A DNA stretch of 64,000 nt. Source: Bigelowiella natans CCMP2755. Lineage: Eukaryota > Protista > Cercozoa. Shown one piece after another: positions 53,683 through 64,000 of the stretch. Location: NCBI GenBank assembly GCA_000320545.1, contig ADNK01002368.1, positions 1 to 64,000 of the forward strand. Reading direction: 5' to 3'. The position numbers and the translations under genes are program-made. Numbering within the stretch: position 1 is the first letter of the stretch; the number at the start of each line of letters is the position of its first letter. A model generated the notes under the pieces. It did no database searches, was not told the origin of the DNA, and saw only the letters and a list, made by a program, of their open reading frames with translations.

Positions 53683-54099
53683 ATGTAAATTAACGCTGCA
53701 ACAGGACACGACGATAATCCGTTGGACTACTACACAGTTGATGATACGTCTATGGAAGAAATTAGTCATCATTTGATTGTGCGGTGAGTGACTGCTGCTG
53801 TGCTCGCAACCTTCCAGAGCTGTCTTTTCCTTCGACTATATTGGGGCACTGTGAAGGACATCATCAAGTGAAATAGGGACCGGATAGATAAAAGGTCGTA
53901 TGAAGTCAGAAAGGTCAGTGCACATAGCATACTATTGAAATTATTACGGGGTCCTTTCAGCGGAGATGCGGTTGGAGTCTCCACTTCCCAATCAGAAACC
54001 ACGCTGATGATGTAAGAAAAGATGATGCGTTGGTGCATGGAGTCGTCGTGTTGTTATGTAGAAGAAGTCGTAGTAGTACCTGTCGCTGGTCCTTTCAGA

Positions 54100-55420
54100 T
54101 AAGGCCCTTATAAATGGCCTGCTTGCCCTGGTTGCTCCAGCCGCTGCTTTACGAAAGCATCAAATTCAAATATCTAAACATGATGTACTTCTTTTTGCAA
54201 AAGTAGGTACCAAAGGGCGGCTTTTTGGATTCCCGGTCGCTGAGATTCTCTGACACATAGGCACGTATAACGAGCGGTAAAGAGCACGGCTAAGACGGCG
54301 GAGTCATACATCATTCTTGTTAAAACATCTGGTCAGTCTCACCCTCCTCTGGGCTGCAGCCCTCCCTTCTTTCATCCATATTTGTGTATTCCGGAGAGAT
54401 AAAGCTCAGCTAGGCCAGGAGGTGTGCGAAGAAAATTCAATGCGGATGTTCCTGGATACCCTGAGGCTTTGAATAGGCATAAAGGATAATATTACACGAA
54501 ATATTGCCGATTCAATCTGACAATGTTTCTCAGAAAAACATATATTTCTGTCCCTCTTTTCACCAGCACCAAGCTGTCATATTACCGATGAGCAGGATGT
54601 ATTACGGGGCAAAAAGGCCTTCTATGAAGAATTAAGTCCCTTCCAATTTTCTTCCATATCACGTATACGACAACGAAAATATCGAATATAAGTCGTAAAT
54701 CGTGGATGTTTTCCCTTCTGCGACAAAGAATCGCAAACCCCTCTGTTTGCTCTCCATCTGCTAACGAAGTCCATCCCTCCGGTCTTCGAACAATCGCCAT
54801 CTCTACCTCTCTGCATTTTTGCCTGGCAGGAGGAAAAACAGGAATAAGTTCGTTTAAAGGTAAAACCTTTAGCTTTATCCTATTGTTTATTCCTTCCAAA
54901 AGGTGGGAAAACGTAAAGAGGTTGGAACAAAAGGGCCAAAACTTTGTTACCAATCCTCCTCCTTACCCCTCAAATACACGAAATGAGATTGTTTTTTGGC
55001 CAGAGAAGATTTCAGTCTTAAGTTCATTTTTTGCATTTTATTTTCCAAATCTCAAGGGAGGAGATTCAACTCCGCCCATTAACTCCTTTCTGTGCAGGTA
55101 GCAGGTGTGTTGTCCCCCAGAGGTAGGTCTCCACAGTAGTTTCCGTCGCTAGATTTCTCCAACGATGGATCAGCCTTTCTGGGAAAATGAGACTCTGGGA
55201 GATGCAATGGGGAGAGGAGGAGGAGCATTGGGCGAAGAGGAAGCTTTTCTTCCAGAAGGGTACCAGACAGTGTTAAGTAGCCAGAAAAGGAGAAGTAGTA
55301 GTAGTCGTAGTAGGTATACAGACGTCGCATACTCTTTCGCCTTCCCCTCACTACTACTTCTCTTTGTCTCGCTATCCTTCTGTTCTTGAACATTCGTGTT
55401 GCTGCTTTTGTTCTTTGCAT
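54100..55420 (-). CDS. Unidentified spliced coding sequence; a separate gene or a 5' extension of the uridine kinase gene
   Basis: Three minus-strand exons join in phase: ...ETYLWGTTHLLPAQKG-TEIFSGQKTISFRVFEG-QKCREVEMAIVRRPEGW. There is a GTAAGG donor near 54966 and a polypyrimidine-CAG acceptor near 54828. Both ends are uncertain. Confidence 0.4.
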
Positions 55421-55432
55421 CTTCTTCTAAGA

Positions 55433-55803
55433 ATGGATGACGATATCCCTCTCTTCGACGATGACGGCCCAGCAATACCCAGCCATGGACGCGGAACAAA
55501 GCGACCACGAACCAGCAGCGAAGGCGACTCCGCTAGAATTCCCCTTCCAGTAGCACTTCCCGTGCCTGTGGACACAAAGGAGTCGAAGCCCTCTAGTACT
55601 GTCGCTTCTGGCTCAGGAGCTCCAAAGATTATCGCAAAAACGAAGGGGGGGGGGGCATCAACTGCGTCGTCCTCTTACACTATTAGCAGTGTCACCAATC
55701 AGGGATTCGGCGATATTATGGAGGCAGAAGATGGAGCGTGGAATTTCGACGACCTTGATGGCACACACACACACACACACGCCCATATATTTTCCAATTT
55801 GGC

Positions 55804-55847
<44 letters not shown>

Positions 55848-55864
55848 ATATAATATAGTCTTTA

Positions 55865-55903
<39 letters not shown>

Positions 55904-56597
55904 CATTCACAGGAGAGCCTAACCAGCATGTTAAAAAGAGAAAGCAGCAAGAAGAAGATCAAGAGGTAGTACAGAGCTGCCAATCCGAATCATATCATCG
56001 CGACAATCGCAGAGGCAACACACCTGATGATAACAGCATGCAAACAAATGCATTGACCCTTTACACGCCACTGTCTCAGACGGGGTATATGAGGGAGATA
56101 ACAAAGCAGAATCTCGTTAATCTGATGTTGCTGGAATAAATATGATCGTTGAGAGATCTCTTCCGTGCCATGAAACTTGTATGTGATGTGGTGCAATGTG
56201 GTGAGTGCTAGCTGAATTTGTTCTTCCCAAAGGAGAGCGACGAGCCACTTGATTCCGAAGCCAGGTACCGGATATCCCATTCACCCCCCCTCTCTCTCAA
56301 ATTTAATTCTCCTCCCTCCTCCCCCCCCTCGCAGCCAAGATGAAGTCCACGAAGGTCGGGGAAATATTTGCCTCAGTCGTGGGAAATGAAAACTTCAAGG
56401 AGGCCGGGCAGGTGTTGCAGACAGATGTTTTTACAATGGGGTAGTGGGGGAGGGGAGTATAGTGGGAGTTAGTAGCGATTACACAGCATTAAGCAAACAA
56501 TGAGCATTCAGCGCTCTCTTAGCAGGAAAGGGTAGCTTCCTCGTCCATCATCATCATCATCATCATCACCTGATACAGCCACGACTACTACTCTGTG

Positions 56598-56634
<37 letters not shown>

Positions 56635-56768
56635 ATATAGGTCCGCAAAAACGACTACGTGTACCTCAATTGGGATAAGGGCTACGAAGTCTGGGAGGTC
56701 ATGAACAGGAATGAGAACAAATCGGTAAATAATCAGCATATAGTAATCTAATCGCAAGTCGTTAGAAG

Positions 56769-56807
<39 letters not shown>

Positions 56808-58815
56808 ATCATCATCGTTTTCCAAACGGGAGTGAGATTAGTGCCTCCCTCTCTCTCTGTTTATTTTCCACACATTCAGGGTTGGTAGAGGATGGGATTG
56901 CTGGGATACTGCGGAACCTTAGCGACGGATACAAGGTGATAATAATCATGATCATGATCATGATGTTCATACAGATATAGGGATGTTGCAACGACTTGTC
57001 TGACTAGTGATAGATCAGTTTTGAAATTCAAACACTATCCTCCTCCTCCTCCTCCTCCTCCTCCTCCTCCTCGTCCTCCTCCTCGTCCTCAATGACATTC
57101 TCTTTCCCCGCTCCCTCTCCCCCTTACCCCGAAGTCGATTGAGCAAGAGTGCAAGGTACTGGAAGGAAACACAAGTTTACTCAACAAAACGATGGTTATC
57201 AAGATCACCATACTGGCAAGTCCTATTGAGGTACTCCTAATAACCACATAAAGGGTAGAGGAGAGGATGGAGAAGAAGAAGAAGAAGAAGTAAAGTAAGG
57301 AACCTATTCAAAAAGATATATATATATATATATACATAATATAATATAGTCTTTAACATGTGTGTGTGTGTGTGTGTGTGTAATATTATGGGCGATGATG
57401 ATGATGATGTCGTAGGTGCCTTCGATTGACGAGGATATCACGCGAGCGCTAGAGGAAATAAGCAGATCAGATCTGTGGGTTTCTGTCCGCCAAAAACGTG
57501 AGCAACGGTCAGTGAGTGAATGCTTCTTCCAACAAGAAATAATAACAGAGAGAATACCATAGTGCCGTAGTATTCCTTCTGATTGAGAATGAGCAAAGAC
57601 AGTTTTACCACACATCTCGGTAAAATCTTTCCCCCCGCCTCCTTTTATTAACGCGGCGCTCTACTTTGCGCAATTGATAATAGGAGGAAAAAAGCTATGA
57701 TGAAGGCGAATAAATCCGGTGAGAAGATAATGCCATGTAGCTCGTCCCAACGCTTAACCTTAATTGTTTCTTTACTTCTATTTTCAGAAAACGGTATCAA
57801 TACTATCAAGCAAGAACATTGGCAAGGAAATGGTACAGAAAATAGTGAAAGGGGGAGAGGGGGAGAGGAATTTTGTATCGATTTCATATAACAAAGAGAT
57901 TTGCGACGCGGTGATGATCATCTTTCCCCTCCCTCCCCCCCTCTTTCCGGTAGGTATTAAAGGGCCAATGGGTTTGGGGATTGACGAGGGAGCTGCTCCA
58001 TCTATGCCAAACGGCGATTCAGCAGGGAAAGGAGGAGGAGGAGGAGGAGGCGACAATGACTCACGTACGTAAAACGACGAGAACACGGAGCCGATAATGA
58101 TGATGGTGATGATGATAATGATGGTGATGATATGATGATGATAAGCAATCCCCCTTCTCTCTCACTCTCCTTCTCTCCCTCCCTCCCACTTTCTCATTAC
58201 ATATTTTGTTGGCCATTGCAGAGATAGTAAAAACGGAGGTTCACATCGATCTGGACAATGACTTCGATAAGGTACTATTTAAGTAGAGGTCTTTACAGAG
58301 AGACGCTAGTGATGATAACATAATCATAATGACGACGATGAAAATAGCTGCTGAGTTGCTGCTGTACACACATAACCAACGTGTAATCGGAATCATCTAC
58401 ATAGTTTTTCTCATCATACACACAACATCTTGTAAACCAACGTATATCTGTTCCTTCACCTCTCATCCCTCTCTTCCCCGCTCCTCTTTTTCGTAGCTTT
58501 TCAGCAACAGCGACCATGAGAACCTCACTGAGAAAGAGCCATCGTACAGGGTCTCAGCTAAACTCTATGGGTACTAGTTGTAGTAGTAGTTGGAGCAGAT
58601 TGTCTTCCGACCGACATTCTCCGGCTAGCTTCCTCGCCCCCCCCACTTCGCCTTTCCCATCTTTGCTATCTTCGTCATTGTAATTCTTCGACTTTTTCTT
58701 TTTCTAATTAGTTACCAAAAGCAAGGACTGCACTGGATGTGTGAGCAAGAAAGAGAAAGGTGGACAAACGTTATACATCTTTTTTTGCCTCCCACCCCTG
58801 AAAAATTAACACGCA

Positions 58816-58856
<41 letters not shown>

Positions 58857-59810
58857 TCACACAGGCCTTTGGATGGATTTGGCTGGGGAGAGATGAAGGA
58901 AAAAGGTATTAGCTGCTAATTCGGCCACTCTGCCATGATTATACGTTAATAATCACCACTACTGTCCTTTCCGCTCTCTTCTTGGTCTCCCCCCCCTTCC
59001 AATCTATAAGCTAATTTTGGAGTGTATTCACTTGACATGGCGCATGATTTTTGTTCTGCGACATGACTCTCGCAAAAAGGAGAAAAAACATACCGATTTT
59101 TTGGCAATGAACATTCCGAATCGTTATTCTCTGATATTGCGCGCTATTGGTGGTAGGGAAAGTGGTGGGCTGGAAGAATAAATTCACGAAAGAGGAGCGC
59201 AAAAAGCAGCCGGATAGATGGTCGATAACCAACATCACTACATTCATTTCAGTGCAATACATAACACACACACACTCGAAGTGCGGCCGATATCGAGGCA
59301 GCAGCCGTGCTCGTATATTTGCTCACTTGATTGAATCTGTGGTTGTGATGATGTAGGAGGGGAGGCATACTGGCGGACGAGATGGGTCTTGGAAAGACTA
59401 TTCAAATTATCTCTCTAGTGGCGGAATCAGCACGAGATAAGTCCGTTATTAACGACCATCACCATTTCTACAAAGATGACGATAATCAATCATCAAATCC
59501 GCTAATACTATTCCACATGCTCCTCTGGCGCTATTTGTGTGAGTAACAGTCCCCTCCATTGTTTCGTCCTCGCTGATATAAGCACCATCACCCCCACCCC
59601 CCGTGACCACCACTCCTCCGTCCCCCATTAGGCTCAACCAACTCAACATGTCGGGGCCACGCACGACCTTGATTATATGCCCTCTATCTGTCATCACCAA
59701 TTGGGAGGTAAAAGAAGAACAAGAAGAAGAAGAAGAAGAAGAAACCACTATGAGACGACTGCTGCGATGAAGGAAACAAACACCTCAACAGAAAAACAAA
59801 AACATACAGC

Positions 59811-59841
<31 letters not shown>

Positions 59842-60954
59842 GTCATCGTTATCGTCGACGGGGAGTAAGCATCCATTGTCTTCTTCCGTCTAATCTATCC
59901 ACCCCCCCCCCATCAGATGCAGGCGAAGAAGCACATTCGATTAGACAACCGTCTTAGCATCCATACCTACCACGGTAGCCAGCGTATCAAGGACGAAAGG
60001 TCGATTTTATTTATGATTATAAGAGCAGAAGCTAATCGGGAGTATTAGCCTGGATATTTACGACAAGTAGAAATATATCTAAGCGGAAAAGATCCATCAT
60101 ATTCCTGCATTATCTCGTGATCTCTTACTTTCTAACCCCCCCCCTCTCCCTCGCCTTCCGCATCTAATATCTAGCAAATTGAAAGACTATGACGTCGTGA
60201 TAACTACCTACGAGATTGTGCGGCAAGAATGGAAGATGGGGTCGTCGAAGACCAAGGGGGGGAGCAGCAGCGGGGATAAGAGCGAAGTAGTAGTTTCTGA
60301 GGAGATGAAGAGAAAACAGCAACGTGCTCTCATCAGCTGGCAGCAGGCGTGCGACGTGGCGACACGCAATGGGAGAAATCCTCCTGAGAAACCGAAGATC
60401 CTAAGAGATATGAGCGGTGCTGGTAGCGGTGGGAAGAAGCAGCGGGGGAAGAAAAGCAAGAGCTCTTCCGGCAAAAAATCCAAGGTTCTGGGGGGGGAGG
60501 GGTGGACGGTGTGTTTAAATGCGTCTTACAGATTAGCTTTAATATGATCTTCTCCTCTTCTTCTTCTTCCTACCTCTCGTAATGCCACTACAACCAATAT
60601 GATCTATCTTTCTATCGACGTTTCTCTCACTTCTCTTCCTTCCCCCCCCCCCTCCCTCTCAATACCACCATGCAGTCCGAGAACGGGACTTTATTCAGGA
60701 TGAAGTTTCTTCGCGTGGTCCTCCTCCCCCCCATCTCCTACTACTTCTTCTTTCTCACAATGATATATTCTCCACCGATGATGACTGAAAACTCAATGAC
60801 GACGACGACGAGGACAGTACTATTTCTAAGATGAGGACACAATACTAACACAACTGTTGGGTTGTTCGTTCACCCCGCAACAGAGCCGTTCTGTCGTATC
60901 GTGTCTCATCACGTTGCTAGCTAATAGTTAGTAATCACGGCCAATAACCTTTGC

Positions 60955-60988
<34 letters not shown>

Positions 60989-62749
60989 TGTGTGCGTCTT
61001 CTTCTCCGCTTTGATGTCTCCTATATAGGTACTCGATGAAGCTCATACGATACGTCATAGGAATACGCTAATGTCGCAGGCATGTGTCGCTCTAAAGGTG
61101 TGTATAATTAATAATTAATAGGAAGAAGAAGATACCATGATGGCACTGCTACCACCTCTTCGACCTTGCATGAATAATAATGCGTTGTAAACGTACCTAG
61201 CGAGCGAGTGCGTCTCTTAGCAAGCTTCCACCCCCCCCCCCCCCCCCCCCTTTTTCATCATCTAGGCTGAAAGGCGCTGGTGCATTACAGGAACGCCCTT
61301 TCAAAACACGGTGACAATTCATTCTTGCGATTCGAAGAATGAGGGGGGACGACGACGATGATGATGATGATGATGATGACGCAGCGCTTATAGAGAAAAA
61401 TATCACTGAACGTCGCGCTAGAAGTATCTCAGCGTGATTAGCGCATCAGTACAGAAATCGTCAACGGTGTTTCTCTTTCGATTATGATGAATGTTATTGC
61501 TATGATCTCGCTGATGATGACGATGATGATGGTTGTGTTCAGATCGATGATGCGTTTGCATTGCTGTCATTCATTCGCGTGGACCCCTTCGGAAACTATC
61601 CATTTTGGTTATAATAGCACAGATCATATTCTCCTCCCTCCGTCATAAAATGCAACACTTTAATCAAAAGCTAAGACTTTACGTGCAACCATATAACAAC
61701 GACGACGACGAGAATAGTGATCAATTTTATACCGAATCTGTATCATTCGTGGATGATCCTTTCATGATGCACCATCACTCGCAGGTCCGAGTATGTTTCC
61801 GGCCCACTGAAGAATCAGGTATGTGTGCGCCAAAGAGAAAGGGGGGGAGGGGGGGGGGGGGCGACTAGAAGATGTTAATAACCGTCGTTGCTGTTGGTAG
61901 AACAACCGTGAGGAAGGAATGGAGCGCCTGCAGAAGATAATGACAGCAATTTGCCTCAGAAGGTAAGTTGGAGATGTCATTTATTTATGCTGCTGCTTTA
62001 TATATATATGTGGTGTTGTTGCATGCTCTATTGCCACTCACACACACTCTCATTAATGCATCACTTCTCATTTCTCCTCAATAGGAAAAAATCGGATAAG
62101 ATAAAGGGCCGTAACATCCTCCCACTGCCGCCGAAGAAGGACATCATTCAGAAAATAAAGCTCTCTGATTATGAACAAAAGGTGAGCGCATTGCGTGATG
62201 TGTGTGCGTGTGGGTGCGTGTGGGTGCGTGTGGGTGCGTGTGTCGGACGATGATGATGATGATGATGATGATGATAACATCTACGGTGGTGGTTGTATAT
62301 CAGATCTACGATGCCTTAGCAAAGTCCGGAAAGAAGAAATTCAGGTAGTAAGGGCAATGCTGCATATGGAGGGAAAATGCATGTGTGCGGTGTCGTCGTC
62401 CCACTGCGCTTTCATTCACACATCACTCACTTTGCTTTCCTCCTCCTCCTCCTCCTCCTCATATTCGTGAATGGCAAGATCCATGATGCGGTCGGATATC
62501 TTGCGCAAAGAGCAGTACGCATACGTGCTGCAGATGTTGCTCCGTATGCGGCAGGCTTGCGACGACATCAACCTAGTTCCTTCCAAGTACCACAACGGGT
62601 ACGGTTTTCTTTCATCGTGTAGTTAGTTACAGCAGTATATAATGTTGGTGCTGTTTGTTGGTACTACTACTTCTTTACCACAGATTTATCTCTACTGAGC
62701 ATCTCAATTGGAGTGAGCAGGTAGGAAAAGAGCCGTAGTTGTGTGTGCT

Positions 62750-62790
<41 letters not shown>

Positions 62791-63252
62791 ATACCATGGA
62801 ACTAAGTCGCCAACTTTTCTTGCTACGTATAAGCATCTCCTTCTGGTTCTTCATTATTGTCGTGTCCTCCTGCCGTCGTTTCCTTTGTCATCCGAACGAT
62901 TTTGCTTTGCCGCAGATTCTATCAATGTGGGAAAATGGCGCGGGCGACGAGTGCACGATCTGCTACGGTTCCTCCAACAAACAATTATCTTGTCTGCCGC
63001 TGCAACTGCTGAATCTCGTACGCATTGAATAATCCCCTCCTCTTGCTTTTCCTCCTGAAGGCAAACCCGAGGACCCTTGCATCGCATCAGGATGCGGACA
63101 CATCTACTGCAAGTCTTGTATGGAAGAGGCCATTGAAAAAGCTGAGAAGGAAGAGGAGGAGGGGGGTAGTGGCATGGGTCTCATGTGTGCGGAATGTGAT
63201 CAGGTAGAAGCAGAAATTGTAATAGTAAACAGTGGTGGTGGAGGTAGTAGTG

Positions 63253-63283
<31 letters not shown>

Positions 63284-63818
63284 AACCATTGTCTACAAAT
63301 TCATCGTCGAGCCATCTCATCATCATAATCGTTACATCGTGACTTGCTGCAGCCGATTCAAAAGAATGAGATCCTGACCAAAGAGCAGATGGACGAGTTG
63401 AAGAAGCAGGAGAGCGAGCGGGAGAAGAAGCGCATGGAGAATGCGAAGAATTCAAACTTTAGATCTTCGAAGGTATTGCTTGTGTTTATAGTGTGTGCGT
63501 GTGTCTGTTTAGTGTTACCGTAATCATCTCATCATCTGATGAGCTCATCATCATCATCATCATCATCATCATCACCACAACCATTTAGATGAAAACGCTT
63601 CTAAAGGCACTACAGAAGATCGGTGAAATGGACAGGACATTCAAGGTGTGATGATGATGATGATTGTACTCCTAGTAGTAGTTGTTGTTGTTGTAGTAGG
63701 GATGATAGTTCTGGTGGTGGTGGTGGTGGTGGTGGTGGTAAGGTGTCCCACGAGAAGCTAAATTGTGAGACAAAAATAGAGCTTGAATACTAAGATGTGT
63801 ATAGTGTGTAGTAAGTAT

Positions 63819-63898
<80 letters not shown>

Positions 63899-64000
63899 TG
63901 ATTTGTGTACTACTACATACATACATACAGGCAGTTATCTTCTCGCAGTTCACTTCCATGCTCGACATCGTGAAAACGGTTGCTTGCATGCTTGTCAGAA
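55433..64000 (+). CDS. RAD5/RAD16-type SNF2 family helicase with RING finger; 3' end outside the window
   Basis: GGILADEMGLGKTIQIISL (about 59370), TLIICPLSVITNW, DYDVVITTYE, VLDEAHTIR, RWCITGTPFQN and QMLLRMRQAC. C3HC4 RING (CTIC...CGHIYCKSC...CAEC) at about 62950-63200; VIFSQFTSMLD near 63940. Confidence 0.92.
55820..55900. repeat. Compound (TA)n-CATAATATAATATAGTCTTTAACAT-(GT)n unit, copy 1
   Basis: The unique core is identical to the copy at about 57315-57385. Confidence 0.85.
57315..57385. repeat. Compound (TA)n-CATAATATAATATAGTCTTTAACAT-(GT)n unit, copy 2
   Basis: The unique core is identical to the copy at about 55820-55900. Confidence 0.85.

Noticed and set aside
56340-56720. Possible HIRAN domain in the helicase N-terminus
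   Set aside because: Only vague resemblance (FASVVG); not enough to call it or to assign RAD5/HLTF specifically.
15409-63989. Numerous 60-170 aa ORFs with poly-I/Y/C/V/S/L/R runs
   Set aside because: They are translations of intronic microsatellites, or are partly intronic, and are not independent genes.
1-64000. rRNA, tRNA, CRISPR arrays, or nucleomorph/organellar origin
   Set aside because: No such signatures were recognised. Long SSR-rich spliceosomal introns indicate host nuclear DNA, and the tandem repeats are simple SSRs without unique spacers.

Overview
This is intron-rich eukaryotic nuclear DNA from a protist. Gene content and intron style suggest a Rhizaria/chlorarachniophyte-like organism, but that is an inference only. 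Most introns are long and saturated with microsatellites and homopolymer runs, so most ORF-track entries are spurious; I rebuilt genes by joining GT-AG exons and matching protein motifs by eye. From left to right the genes are: DNAI7/CASC1-like 3' part (+); calflagin-like EF-hand protein (-); 7TM-like membrane protein (-); protein with three copies of an unknown ~120-aa domain (+); ZC2HC1-like C2HC zinc finger (+); USP47/USP7-type deubiquitinase (-); sterol 14-alpha-demethylase CYP51 apparently spliced in frame to a C-terminal cytochrome b5 domain (+); P-loop kinase (-); unknown membrane protein (-); MGC-start acidic protein (+); uridine kinase-UPRT fusion (-); an unidentified spliced CDS (-); and a RAD5/RAD16-type SNF2-RING helicase (+, runs off the window). 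The best candidate for an undescribed system is the CYP51-cytochrome b5 fusion. Next are the triple-repeat protein and the microsatellite-free ~3.65-14.4 kb island, which contains CTAG/CATG/TGCA-rich decayed sequence. I recognised no rRNA, tRNA, CRISPR array or transposase. Exon boundaries are manual predictions and several gene ends are approximate.
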